Source: Antechinus flavipes (lineage: Eukaryota). Taken from it: a stretch of 64,000 bases of DNA. The notes under the pieces were generated by a model. That model was not told the DNA's origin. It did not search any database and saw nothing but the letters and a program-made list of their open reading frames with translations. Within the stretch, counting starts at the first letter, position 1. Each line of letters begins with the position of its first letter. Positions 1-13,165 of the stretch are shown here, in pieces. The stretch lies in contig NC_067403.1 of assembly GCF_016432865.1 (NCBI RefSeq), positions 247,690,001 to 247,754,000 of the forward strand, given 5' to 3'. A program made the translations under genes and the position numbers.

Positions 1-449
1 CAAGTGCTCGGCTGTCCTGACCTCAGTGCATTGACTCAAGACTTTCAGCCCTCTACAACTCTTGATTCAGTCTAATTCAATAAACATCAAGTGCCAGGCA
101 TTGTGCTAAGCTGGGCATAAAATTAATAAGAAGATAGTCCTTGTTCTCAGGGAGCTTACAGAAGAGACAAAATATAAAACAAAGTAGAGAAGAGGGGGAG
201 GACACACCAGGTATCCATGGGGTGTCTTGTTCCTTGCCGTAGAAAACAGATACAGCAGCTGATAAAAATGTAGAGGCAACTGACAGTACAATTTTTTGCC
301 CTTAATAAGAGAAGTCACTGAGAGGAGTTTGGTGCTTCATCTTCCAGCTCTCCAAGCAGAGGTGAAAAGAGATTAAAAGAGATGGAAAGCAGGATAACTG
401 TATTATATGTGATGAACTTCACCAGAGAGGGGCATCTTCTTCTTGGTAA

Positions 450-830
450 TGAAATCAGTCTTCTTGGGATCACTTGAAAGAACTGGTGATATTGAACCAT
501 GAGAACAGAATATGGGAGCATTACCATGATTGTCATCTATAAGTAATTGAAAGGCATTCCTATGGAAGTCTTTTCCTGACAGAACTCCCAGGAAACATGA
601 TTAGTAGGAGAGGTTAAAAGTTGTAAAAAGGTAGAATTCATTTCAGTGAAAGGAAGATCTGACCAAGACTTTAAGCCATTTGAAGTGGGCTCATTTCAGG
701 ATTCTGAAGTTCCCTGACCATGGAGCTCTTTCAAGTAGACACTAAATAACCTGTCAGCAAAGTTATCTGGCCAGTCCTCTTTAGATATGTGTTATAAGGG
801 ATGATCTCTGAATTAACTTCCAACTCTGAT
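450..830 (+). mobile_element. L3/CR1 3' end (paralog at ~23070-23440)
   Basis: Paralog translates LKELVILNHENRR, cf. CR1 LKELGLFSLEKRR; gaagttccctgaccatggagctctttcaagtag resembles CR1 3' terminus. Confidence 0.65.
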
Positions 831-1092
831 ATTCTGAGAAATAAGACAGATCATTAAAACCTTCTACAGTATAATGGGAAATGCTTGATGAGCACACTTA
901 GCCAGTTATCTGCAGATGGACAATAGAGATCAGGAAAGAAGAAGGAAGTTGGAGATAATTTCTCTGTGGAACAGTTGCTTCTCTGACTACAAGAATAATA
1001 ATTAAAATATAGCACTTTAAAATTGGCAAAAAGTTTTAAAACATCTTTATAGCATGGTGAGCAGAAAGCTGGATTTGGAGTCAGGAAGTCTT

Positions 1093-1337
1093 GGGCATCT
1101 GGGTGGCACAATGGATAGAATATTGTGCTTAAAGTCAGGAGGACTCATCTTCCTGAGTTCAAATCTGGCCTCAGACATTTCCTATGTGTGATCCTGGGCA
1201 AGTCACTTAACCATATTTGCCTCAGTTCCTTCTCTGTAAAAGAAGTTGGACGAGGAAATGGCAAACTATTCCAGTATCTTTGCCAAGAAAACCTCAAATG
1301 GGATCATGAAGAGTCAGACATGACTGGACAATAACGG
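1093..1337 (+). mobile_element. Marsupial CORE-SINE (Mar1-like); paralog at 23723-23967
   Basis: tRNA-like head with gagttcaaatc B box, tgtgatcctgggcaagtcacttaac core, gtatctttgccaagaaaacc tail. Confidence 0.8.
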
Positions 1338-4300
1338 CAGTCTTGGATTTACAATCCACTTCTAATCTGAGGTGCCAACCTTATTGACCTTCGGTTTCCT
1401 TCAGCTCTAGATCTATGACCCTTTGATCTCAGTTCTTCCTTATAAGAATCTTGGAAGGTAGGTATTATTGTTAATCATATTTTATAGATGAGGAAACTGA
1501 GGTTTCTAAGATTCAGAGAAACTGTGATTTGTCCAGGTTCAGATGTTTTTGGAAAAATTTAAACCTAGTTATTCCTAACTCCAGAGACCTTCATGGTGGT
1601 TAGGGTTAGGGGAGAAATGATCGACAGTGGAAGAATTATGAAAACAAGATCTTTGAGTATAATGTGGTTTTCTCTTTATATTTATTTATATTTACATAAT
1701 TATTATAATATATGTTGGTGATAGAACATACAGCCATATACAATTTATAACACATACAAGTATGTAAAATATAAATAAAAGTATAAATTCTATTTTATAT
1801 ATGTATGTATTTACATAGACTCATACACATATTTACCATAATCTTGATGAGGAAGAAAGAAGTCAAAGGAGTGGTTAGAAACAACTTAAATTTGTTTTGA
1901 TAATTTACCAACATGCAATTAAAGATTTGTCATGCTAGAGAAAGGAAGCTTCCTATAAGATAAATGGATGTCAAACTATTTGTAAATCAGTCATCAAGGT
2001 ATTGAGAAGTCTTGAAGTTCTTTTGACACAATCAAGGGGATTACATTGAATTTCAAGATTGTTTTCTACTTAACCTTGGAAGAAAAACCTAGATTGAATT
2101 AAGCCTTGGTCAAAAATTGTTCATTTTGTTACTTAATTGTCTCTAAGCCTTTGTACTTTTATATTTTGTCACCTTTTCAACTGTAAGTAGTTTTTAATGT
2201 GCATCCATCAAAAAATGCTTCCAATTTCACCACTAAACCTTAACTGAAGAGTAAAATCTGCTTTTTTGTGTTCTCAGAGTATATTATGCCAATGGAAAGC
2301 CAGGACACCTTTGCACCTTGAGGTAATAGTCTAAGAACAACTCCATTTTTTATTTTCTTATTTTTCACTATTTTGATTGGACTCCTTCATGGCCCCAGAA
2401 AACCTTATCATCCCATGATACTGGATGAACTCTGACAGTGACATCATATCAGTATACTCAGTACTGATCCATTGAATAGAGGAATGAAGACAGAGTAAAG
2501 AACTCATTCCAATCCTCCATTTAAAGAAACCTCAAAGGTTAGCCATGTCTTCATTTCCCATAAGTTTGGACCGGATTATATTATGTGGTAGAGGCAACTA
2601 GTGCTATAATGGATAGAGTGAACTCTAGTCCTGGAATCAGAAAAAGCTGAGTTCAAATCCAGTGTATCCCTGGACAAATCACTTTGTCTGCCTCAATTTC
2701 TACAACTATAAAATGAAGAGAAATAATATTATCTATCTCCTAGGCTTATTGTGAGGATCAAATGTGATAAGTTATTAAAAGTGCTTAGTACAGTGCCTAG
2801 AACATAGTAGGTCTTGTATAAATGCTACTAATTTCCCTTGTCTTAATGTCTTATTTGGGGAGCAACAGCATCTACCTTTTCACACACAGGGCTCAAGGAG
2901 GTAGCTCCAGAGTCTTGGGTTAGAGAATAGTCCTTTAATTTAGGAACTAAATAGGTCCCTCAGGTATATCCTTTGGAAAAGATGTAAAAAAAAAATCCTT
3001 CACATTTCCAATCTACTAAAATCTCACTCTAGGTCTGGGAGTTGGCCTGTGGTCAGGGGTTTCCAATCAGACCTATTGTGGCCTTTTCAGGACAGATAAG
3101 CTGCTGAGAAATAGCAAGCCTTCAAATTAGAGTACTAGAAGAGATGCTTCCAAGAGGACTGAAGTAAACCCTGACCTTAAAAAGCAAAAGATCTGATGTA
3201 AAGATGAATGCAGTCATGGTTTCCCAGCAGTAAGCTTGAATATGACTCATTTCAGGACTTTGCAGTTTATTGTCAGGGAATTCCGCACCAAAGAATTGCT
3301 TGGGACCTATGATATGTCTCATTTGTCATCTCTGACAGGAATATGCATTTTGCTTTTCTCAGTAAATTGGGATGGTCCTGATTTAAGAGATAGATGAGAA
3401 GTCACTGAGGTCAGACAAGCCAGAGTTAGGAACTGAAAAGATTAAGGGGAAGAACCCAGGGAGAAGAGTGGACAGAACCTGGCAGGTTCATTTAGGAAGA
3501 GAAAAGAAAGACAGGACCTTCATCTCTCCATGGGCCTTTCATGTCTTTCTGAGTAAGGATCCTGCAAGAAGAAAGGGATAGTTTGGTTTGCTTTCAGAGC
3601 TCACTTCCTGCCTATTTCCAGCTTTGGATAGGAATGTAAGATGGGAGGACTCTAGGAGGAAGAGGAGATGAGCACAGAAATCTACCATCTGAATACAAGC
3701 CTTCCATCTCTTGCTTGATCTCTAATCTCTGCAGGAAACCAAAAAAGGTATCTTTCACTTAATGATTAACAAACTCCCTCTCTGGACATTCCCTACATAT
3801 TGTAATGATTCTGAATCCCAGTAAATAAACATGTAAACTTTACATCTGCAACTACGCAATTCATTATTCTCATTTCCTCTTAACTTATCCACCTGAAAGT
3901 GTCAACCAAATGATATTCAACCTTTCCACTGTGCCCTCTGGGATGCTTATTCAATAGGTAACAAATTTTTCCCATGAAAACTTTTAGTTTCCTGCTCCTT
4001 TCATCTTCTGGTTCTAATTTAGACTTAGTTTCCCCTAATATTGCCCTTCTTGGCCATCCTTTCCAGCACTGGTTGCACTTTAACTCATCCCCCTTGGCTC
4101 TCTTGTTGAGAGGGGAAAATTAGAATTCTTTTTGTTCCCCAGGAACTTCCAGGTTTTTCCCTACCACCACTCCTCAGAAATCTCTCCTATTTTGAGTTCT
4201 ATTCAATCCATATCTTCTACCCAATCTACATCTTAGTAGATAGTCTCAAGGACACTCTCTTCCTCAATAAGTTAATCTTTCTTTGATGGAAGCTGAAAAC

Positions 4301-4774
4301 TTTAAAGTGAGGATTGGGGCTTGGAACACTCGAATGGCCTCTTTCAACTTTTGTGACTCAGGAAAGTGTCTTTGACCTGGTCATGTAGATCATCTCTCTG
4401 ATGGGTCAGTGAGCTGTCACCCTGGGGTGTCTAGGTCAGTCTCCTGTTGGGTCACTGTCAGCTGAAGCTCACCTCTAACTTGAATACCAAGTCACTTTTC
4501 CTGCAGACCTGTGGAATGGATGAGTCAGAATAACTCCTCACCGTGGCTGTAAAACACCCTTAAAGGGTGTTCAAGCTATAATTCAGCAGGTATATTAATG
4601 AATCATTTATTAAGCACCTATTACGTGCCAGACACTTGGTACATGGAAGTGTACATGGAAACTTTCTTTTGCTGCTTAGTCCATCTACAAGGAAAAACAT
4701 TTATTGTATTTCATTTTAAAGTTGTATTGATACCATTTGTTATTATGATAGATGGTGTAATGAATAGGAAGCCA

Positions 4775-4998
4775 TAACTTGGAATCAGGAAGATCTGAGT
4801 TAAAATTTGATCTCAGATACTTTCTAGTTGTGTGACTCTGGACACGTCATTTAATTCTGCTTGCCTCAGTTTTGGCATTTGTAAAATGAGCTCAAGAAGA
4901 AAATAAGAAACCACTCCAGGATTTTTGCCAAGAAAAGCCCAAAGGAGGCACAAAGAGTCTCCTATATGACTGAAATGATTCAACAACAACAACAACAA
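4775..4998 (+). mobile_element. Marsupial CORE-SINE (Mar1-like)
   Basis: Core plus tttgccaagaaaagccc and (caa)n tail. Confidence 0.7.
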
Positions 4999-5967
4999 AA
5001 AAGTAAACCAGACAAACAAATCAATTGACACAGAGAATCATAGATATTCAAAGTAATTCAAACAAAGCAGGCCAAAAAAAAAATGACAGGAAACAGAAAT
5101 GTAGACACTGAAGACTTGATTCACCATCCAAATTCTGCTTCTTCCTCCCATTGTTACTTCATTCTGTGCCTCAATTTACATATCTTACATAGTTATGAAC
5201 TACAAAGGTTAGCCAATATAACTTCAGTGCTTCCTTCCAATTTCAAATCTATGTTATCACCTCATTTCCTAGTAAGGGTGAGAGAAGTCCTTAATCTCTA
5301 GTTTTTGCTACTACCCACAAGTGATGCTTTGTGAGTTGGAATGGCTTCTATTCATTCAACAAAAATTTATTGTGTTTATATAATATGTACTAACCATTAT
5401 ACTAAGTTCAAGGACAAAGATGCTTACTATTTTTGTATTATGGATTCCTTTGGCAGTCATTCTGGTGAACCCTTTCTTAGAAAAATATTTTTAAATAATG
5501 TCAAATATATAGGATGGTAAAGGAAACCAATTATATTGAAGTAGACAAAATGATCTTTTTTTATTCTGGGTACATATGGGTCTAGAGGGTTGAAAGGTGA
5601 AAAGTGGGGCATTTGTCAGCCTGACCTCCATCAGTAGAGTTCACTGTTTGCAGTGCTTCTGAGCAGATAGCGTTTCCATCCTACATCCTTTTCCATCTGT
5701 ACCCTCTTCTGCCATTCATTCCATTAGGTGGGATTTTGTCATCTGGTCTAGGAGATATTGAAAGGAGACAAGTAGGGCATTTGTCCAGTCTGTCTTCAGC
5801 TGGCATCTCTTTACAAATCTTCCTGAGAGTTTCTATTCAACATCCTTCCCCATTTGTACTCTATTCTATCATCCACCCCATTAGTTGTGTTTGAAGACTG
5901 GGGTGAACCAGTGATGGACCTTGGAGGGTACCACACTTCCACTATTCCTTCCACAGCCCAACAAGCC

Positions 5968-6927
5968 TTAGCGGGGGAAGACATTGGCCTGGAGCCTCCT
6001 GCGAAAGGCATTCTTTACCTCCTTATTGCGGAGGCTGTAAATGAAAGGGTTAAGCATAGGGATGATGATGGTGTAGAAGACTGAGACTATCTGACCACTT
6101 CTGCCACTTTCATTCCCATGGGGCTGGACATATGTGAAAACCACAGTGCCATAGAAAATGGCAATGGCCAGGAAATGGGAGGCACATGTAGAAAGTGCCT
6201 TTTCCCTTCCAGTTGCTGAGCGCATGCGACCAATGGTCACCAGGATCAGGCTGTAGGAAATGAGAATGACTGAGGCAGGCAGAAAAGTATCCAAGGCAGA
6301 GAAAATATAGAGGATGGTCCCTGCTGTGGCAGTGTCAGCGCACGCCAGGCGGAGTAATGGTGGGATGTCACAGAAGTAATGGGTGATTTCATTGGGTCCA
6401 CAAAAAGGCAAGACAAAAACGTTTCCTGTCTGGATGATGGAATTAACCCCACCGAACCCGTAGGAGGCAGCCACCAGCTGCAGGCAGATGGCTTTGGTCA
6501 TGACAGAAGAATAATGGAGGGGCTGGCAGATAGCCATGAAGCGGTCATAGGCCATGGCAGCCAAAAGGAAGCTCTCAGTCGTCACGTGGATCACAAAGAA
6601 GGTCAGCTGGATCACACAACCGGCAAATGAGATGGATTTGTCAGCGGCTAAAAAGTTGACCAAGAGTTTGGGTGTGACCACAGACGAGTAGCAAATGTCA
6701 AGGAAGGAGAGGATGCTGAGGAAGAAGTACATGGGACTATGAAGACGGGAGTCGATGTAGATCAGGGTCATCATGCCCATGTTGCCCAACACAGTCATGG
6801 CATAGATAAGCAGGAAGATGAAGAAAAACAGCATCTGCAGGTTTGCGTACTCAGAGAAGCCCAACAAGATAAACTGAGTTACTGGTGTAAAGTTGCCACT
6901 GGCAAGAGCTATTTCTCCAGGAGTCAT
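5968..6927 (-). CDS. Class II olfactory receptor, intact, 319 aa (OR5/8/9 group; subfamily not assigned)
   Basis: N-glycosylation site NFT, GN in TM1, LHSPMYFFL, MAYDRFMAICQPLHY, FCDIPPLL, KALSTCASH, PMLNPFIYSLRNKEVK; uninterrupted ORF. Confidence 0.96.
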   Translation of the reverse strand: MTPGEIALASGNFTPVTQFILLGFSEYANLQMLFFFIFLLIYAMTVLGNMGMMTLIYIDSRLHSPMYFFLSILSFLDICYSSVVTPKLLVNFLAADKSISFAGCVIQLTFFVIHVTTESFLLAAMAYDRFMAICQPLHYSSVMTKAICLQLVAASYGFGGVNSIIQTGNVFVLPFCGPNEITHYFCDIPPLLRLACADTATAGTILYIFSALDTFLPASVILISYSLILVTIGRMRSATGREKALSTCASHFLAIAIFYGTVVFTYVQPHGNESGRSGQIVSVFYTIIIPMLNPFIYSLRNKEVKNAFRRRLQANVFPR

Positions 6928-6945
6928 CTGCAGAATGATAATTGA
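6928..6945 (-). other. Splice acceptor directly abutting the ATG of the 5968-6927 OR
   Basis: Minus strand reads attatcattctgcag|ATG. Confidence 0.55.
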
Positions 6946-8329
6946 CAGCCATTGAATTAGTTAATCATTACAACACAGCCACCATTGTGCCTGAGAGGCA
7001 ATATGATAGTAAAGCACCAGCCTGGAATCAGGAGAAGTAGCTGTATGCTAGTTGTGTGATCTTTAAGCCTCATCTTCCTCATATTAAAATTGGAAATCAT
7101 GAAGCCTGTGGTACCAGTCCCACAGAATTGTTTGGAGATTAAAATGAATTGATAAATGTCAAGTGATTGATAGACCTTAAAAAGGATTCTCTAAACATCC
7201 ATAATGATAATGATGATGATAATAATGAGGGCAGCATAGTGAATTGGAAATCAGCTTTAGATGACCTAGATTTGACCAAACATAATTATTTGGTTGCTGG
7301 GCAAATCACCTCTTGATGTATCAGGATTTTCTCTGACAATAAGTAACAGAGTAGGTTCTGACCTACACAGCACAGATACAAATCCACCCACAAATAGAGG
7401 GAGCTCTCTTTAAGATCTGGGGCCCCTCCACTCCTTTATTTTTCTTATTGTTAACCACATGACTCAGTAGAATCATTAATAGTGAACAAAAAATGGCCAT
7501 ATGGCCAGCATTAGCTTGGGCTCCACACCATAAAGCCTTCCTCTTTCTTCTCCTTTCTCAGATTGATAATCATGCAAATGAATGAATGAGGCACTGCAAA
7601 AACCTGTATTAAACACACATGGGTAGGCACTGTGATAGACATTGTAAATAGAAATACAAAAAAGGATGTGAATCCTGATCTGTTCTGGGGCCACATAGTG
7701 GCTAAGTGAGTTTGTGATCACTCATTCACTCAATAATTAAGACAACTCATCCCAGAATGGTCATTCCAAAGAAGAATAAATTATCTGCCTCATGAATTGG
7801 GACCATGATTTCTGGAGATCAGGTTAAGAATTCTATTCCAGATATGGAGTAGTGGGGAGATGACATTAAACAGAGCTCGTTGTGCTAAGAATATAGTATA
7901 GGAGCTTGGCCAAGTTGCTTCTTCATCTATGAAATAGGGCAAAGGTAGGGTATGTAGTCCTTTATTATCTGAGTAATGATTCAGTGTTTCCCCTAAAAAC
8001 AAGACTAACATCATAGAGTGTAAAGGAAGTAAAACCCAATTTAAAGATAGGACACCCGAGTTCTTGTCCTAGAATCTGCCACCTCTTTTTTCTGAGTCTC
8101 AGTCAGTTAATATTGGTTAAGCACCTTCTCCATGTTAGGCACTGCGGTAAGAACTGAGGCTACCAAAGAAGGGAACAAAGAAACAAACAAAAATCAACCC
8201 CTCCCCCCCCAAAAAAAAATTCACCCAGTTCTTGTTGTCAAGGAACTCCCAGTCTATTGGTATACACACAGCTACGTGCAAATGAGATGTATACAGATAA
8301 ATTGAATATTGGACTTGAACTGAGACTTG

Positions 8330-8950
8330 TGGGAAGCCAGGGAAATAAGGAGGAGGAAAAAAGAAAGGAGAGTATTCACTGTCATGGGAGATAACCAATG
8401 AAAATGCTCAAAACTGGGAGATACAATGTCTTTTTTGGAGAAGAACAAGGAAGCCCAAATCCCTGGATCATAGACTATGCGGGGAAGAATTAATATAAGA
8501 AAACTAAAAAGGTAAGAAGGGGCCAGTATAAAGACTATGAAAGTCAAAGAGATGATTTTATATTTAATTCTGGTGGTAATAGGGAGCCACTGAAGCTTAT
8601 TTAAAAAAAAGAGATGATGTAGTCAGGTGTGTGCTTGCTTTATGGAGATCAATTTATCACCTGAAGGGAGAATGGACTGGCTGGATAGATTCTTTGTGCC
8701 AGAAATATCAAGTAGAATAGTCCTAGTGGGAGTTGATGAGTTTCTGATCCAAGGTAGAAGCAGTGTCAAAGTAGAGAAGGGAGTACAAGAGATATTGGTG
8801 GTGGAATCAAGAGGATTTAGCAACTGTTTGGTTATGGGGAGGTGAGAAACTGGGGAGTTGAAGGTGACACTTGGGTTTTGAACTTGCATTACTGGGAAGA
8901 TGGTGATGTCTTTGACAGTAATAGGGAAGGTAGGAAGAGGGGAAGGTTTT
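8330..8950 (-). mobile_element. L2 LINE fragment
   Basis: Purine-rich strand with agggagccactgaagc, gaaggtgacacttgggttttgaac, typical antisense L2. Confidence 0.6.
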
Positions 8951-10049
8951 TGAAAAAAGCCAATGGATTTAGTTTTGTGTGACTACAAAGAGCTAGCATG
9001 AATTTTTACTAGATAACATGTAAAGTCCCTCCCCTCTGTGCGCTCCTCCAAATCTACTAAAATGCAAATTTCTTGTTCCTTCCTTCCCACACTTATATCC
9101 AGGAAGCTTGTAAGTCCGTCACACTAGTTGCTAAGAAGAGTTGTATCTAATTAAATAAATATATATTAAGATCAAATCCCCTAAAGAACTAATAATTTTG
9201 ATTCAGGGAATTTGGGATTTACAGACCACTTTCAGGGAGAGTAGATCTGGCTTGTGATGTGGCCTAACCTCTTTTAGCTCTATCCATGAAGCAGAAGTTC
9301 TGGTGGAATCTATCATAATGAAAAAAGCTTCAAATCCAAGTTGTTCTTAAGTCTGTTGTCTGAGGACCAGCTTTGCTACATTCCTAGAGCTTCCTGGACA
9401 GGTTGCTTGTTCAATGGGGAATATATCCAACCCTCTTGGAAGTCTATCTCCCAAGTTGTGTGACGTGATTATGATGTATGTCATAGAGAAAGCATCTTTG
9501 GTGAAATTACGAATCTTTGAAAAGTTGAATGCACAGGTAAAGAGGTCCCATTGCCTGATATGTCCCTTCTCCATTACTTCAGTGATTCCTTTCCTCCAGA
9601 ACCAATTGCACATTTACATTGTTTAGAAAGCCTTCCTTGACCCTACCAGTCTATTGACTTCTGTCTCCACTCTGAGATGCTGTAAGTCTCTACCCTTCAT
9701 TTGGCAGTTCCTGGTTTATGCCCCGCATTGATCACCCTATGGGGTTCCCAACTTCTTTTCATTCCTGAGCAAATCCCTCTTCTCAATTCAAATTCTCTAT
9801 TCCTGTTCCAGGGCCGATGAGGAGTTTCAGAGCAAAACATGACATTACATTTTCACTCACCACACATTCATAGTGCATAATCTCTACTTGATCCTCAGTG
9901 CAGCTCAACAATCTTGCTGTTCTATCTTTATTGATTCCTTACCTCATCTCCATAGTAACTTGTAAGCTCTCAGCCAACTACATACTCTTTCACCTCCTCA
10001 CTTGCCTGCATATATAGAAGTTCTGGCTGCCTGATTAAGATGCTTGAGG

Positions 10050-10400
10050 CCATCTGAAAGAAAATTCAGTCTTGTGCCATTAACAAGGAATTGATGCCTT
10101 TAAATTATTGATGAAAATGCTGAATTCCATGGGGCTCTGCACAGATCTTTGGAGCACATTCTGAGTTGACATCTACCCATTATTGACAACAATTTTCTGA
10201 TTATGGACCTTGAAACAGCTCAAATTGCACTTACCCCATAGCTCTCCATCTTTTCTGTAAGAATAACATGATAGACACTGTCAAATGCTTTACTAAAAGC
10301 TGGATAAATTGTATCTGAAGCATTTCCCTCATTGACTACTCTAATGAGCCTGTCAAAAAGAAATAAGGTTAGGTTGGTTTGATCTGTTTCCAGATCTGTC
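10050..10400 (-). mobile_element. L3/CR1 reverse transcriptase fragment
   Basis: Minus strand ~10240-10335 translates NEGNASDTIYPAFSKAFDSVYHVILTEKMESYG, cf. CR1 DEGNAVDVIYLDFSKAFDKV. Confidence 0.75.
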
Positions 10401-12430
10401 TTAGCTTCAACTTCTTTGTCTTACTTTCTGACTCCAGTCTAGTATTTTAAATTTTGTTGGATGTTTTCATCTGGATTTCTTCCCTCCCATTCCCTCATGA
10501 TCAACTTCTACAATCTTTAGCAGATTATCTGACATTTATCAAGAAGGGATTCTAAATGAAATAAATGAATGAAAAAGCATTTATAAATCCGGTACTATGT
10601 ACTAAACATTGGGTATAGAAATCCAAGAGGGAACAAACTCTCTAACCTCAAGGAGGATATTCTAATGGGGAGACAGCATATATATCTTTTTATTTTGAAG
10701 CAGCAATAAGTGTTGGGAATTTTTTTTTACACAGTCATAATCTGTCCCAGCTACTTCCATCTACTGTTTCCACCATCATATCTGTCCTTTGGGATCAAGT
10801 AGAAGTCTAAGCCCTCTTAAAGGTAATAGCCCTTCAGACACTTGAAGATACTTAGCTTTTGTAAAATAAACATCAACATCTTCAATCAATCTTTGTGAAA
10901 ATGGTCTTGTGTCTTCTCATTATCCTTGTCATCTTCATTTTTAAGCTTTTCAGTCTTTCCTAGAATGTTATATCTAACACTTAAATCTCTACTCCGGATG
11001 TGGGCCTGAGTTAGTTTTCCCAAGGCCCCCAATCAGGAATCCTCATATAGAATCATAGATTTCGAGTAGGTGTGCTTAACATGAGGTTCTGTAAACCTGT
11101 TTTAAAAAAACTCTTTGACAACTGAAAATATTTTAAAATATTGGCTTTCTTTGTAGTCAATTGTGCATTTTATATTAAATTTGAAAGCATACTGAGAAGG
11201 ATATGTAGGCTAAGAATTCCTCATGGAGAGATAGAAAGGACCTTTGAGGTTATGTAGTTTCAACTACTTGATTTATAGTTGAGCAACTAAAACAAATAGT
11301 TGTTGAATAAGTTGACTCAGGATCACACAGGTAGTAAGCACTAAAGGTAGAATTTGAATCCCAGATCCCTTGGCTCCAGAGACAGTTCTCTTTCATCCTC
11401 ACCACACTGTTTCTCATAAACCACTAGTATCTTTGGTTGCTTTACCTTGATTCTAGACTAAACCATGGTCCTTCTGACTCTATAGAACTCATAAAGAGAT
11501 GAAGTTCAGACGTCCAAAAGTGCTTTGTTGGTGGTGGAGCCAGGTTCTGACACTGCTGTAATCTGGGTTTATACTTCACTGCCTCTGCTGGATCTTTGGA
11601 GTGGAGTTAATTATCCCTTCTTCACTATCCTGAGAATTGTCAAAGGAGGACTAACTAGAGCAGTCAGCCTTTTTTGTCTTCCCCACTGCTAGGGAAGCTT
11701 TAATTTCATTTAATTTCACTGCTTGGGAAGAGAAATAAAATGGCCATCTGCTCACAAAATAAATAATTATGGGAGAATGTAGACAATGTCACTTAGGAGG
11801 CAGCTAGATGGCACAGTGGAAAGAGTGCTGGACTTGAAGTCAGAAGGACTTCACTTTAAAAAGTCTACCTCAGGAAATTACTAGGTGATTCTGGGACAGT
11901 CACTGAGCCTCTTTCAGCCTCAGTTTCCCCATTTGCAAAGTGGGTATAATAAAAGCAATTAGCCAATGGAATTGTTTTGAGAACTAAATTAAATATTGAA
12001 GTGCTTCTTTGCAAAACCTTAAAACCTATGTAAATTCTGGCTAACAACCTACCCCTTGACTGTTTGCTGCTTAATTTTTATTTAATATAGTTGTAAAGTT
12101 AATAATTCTAAATATCATTAGATCTATCCAATTATTGCTCTGATAGTTGCTAGTCATCAGTAGCAAAGAGTTTTTGTGAGTGATTAGATTTTATATAATT
12201 GTTGCTACTTACAATCAAATTTTTATTGTTTTTCTCTTGTTTTGTTGACTCATTATTTCTCACCAGTTCATCAGTGTTTCTTAATATCAGGTACATTTTT
12301 AATCACTACGAGTATACATGTGTCATGAGGATTAAAGACAGAAGATTTGGATTATTTCCATGATCCTGTTCCCTTGTATAATGCCAATTCCCCAATTATT
12401 TAATTAGTATTGAACTGTAGCATTTAATTT

Positions 12431-12660
12431 GGGGACAGCTAGATGGAGAATGAATAAACTACTAAGTCTGGAAAAAGGAAGACATAGCATTAAATGTGGC
12501 TTTAGATAGCTGTGTGACCCTGAGTTACTTAATTCTGTTTGCCTCAGTTTTTTCATCTGTAAAATGAATTGGAGAAGGAACTGGCAAATCACTTCAATAT
12601 TTCTGCCAAGAAAACCCCTAAGGATCATGAAAATAACTAAATAATTTAATTGTTTGTTGG
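12431..12660 (+). mobile_element. Marsupial CORE-SINE (Mar1-like)
   Basis: ggggacagctagatgg head; gctgtgtgaccctg core; ctgccaagaaaacccc tail. Confidence 0.7.
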
Positions 12661-13110
12661 CTGAGGTCACCATGATTTCATATGTTTGTCAGCTATGCCT
12701 TTGAAAAACAATCTGTTTTTTAGAAGCTCTATTTTCTCACAAAATTTCCTTTTTCTGGGTCTATCCAATCCATGTTCCTTCTCTCTTCTTAAACTCCTAG
12801 AAAACTGGCTCCCCAGCATAAGATACTATATCTCCATCTTTCTTCTCCAGGTGCTACTTCTCTCTAGGTGCTACTTTTTGTTTACTTCCTAACTCATCGT
12901 GCAGAAGGAAGCATAGGAATATTCTTTGCTCTTCTCTTATATTGCCAGATCTTTCACCAGCCATTGCTAAACAATCTCTCTTCTGGAGTATAGCCCATCC
13001 ATTTCTAGCCCATCCATTCTCTGTCTTGTTCCACCTCCTTTTTCAAGGTTTCTGCCTCAAGATTTTCTTCTTTATTCTACTCCCAACACTTTGTCTTCTT
13101 ACTTGGAAAC

Positions 13111-13114
<4 letters not shown>

Positions 13115-13158
<44 letters not shown>
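13115..13158 (+). repeat. (AC)n microsatellite
   Basis: Direct reading, 22 units. Confidence 0.97.

Positions 13159-13165
<7 letters not shown>

Larger units (their letters stand above)
60..3075 (+). repeat. Segmental duplication copy A (no OR CDS)
   Basis: Colinear with ~22765-27945 through unique and repeat sequence, roughly 80-85% identity by eye (e.g. ggggtgtcttgttccttgc, cttctaatctgag/cttctaaactgag, ttgtgttctcag). Confidence 0.9.

Noticed and set aside
1599-1612. (TTAGGG)2 at ~1600, ~24220 and ~33293
   Set aside because: Only two units; not an interstitial telomere array; first two are paralogous copies
6309-6311. Aspartate within TM5 of the first OR (SALDTF)
   Set aside because: Position corresponds to the frequently polar (often Asn) TM5 pocket site in OR5-group receptors, so not clearly anomalous; coordinate approximate
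5811-6945. Short ORFs overlapping or antisense to the first OR (5811-6011, 5854-6084, 6246-6452, 6379-6630, 6739-6945)
   Set aside because: Shadow frames of the OR CDS; no independent motifs. The same applies to ORFs overlapping the other ORs (34950, 35586, 35758, 59318)
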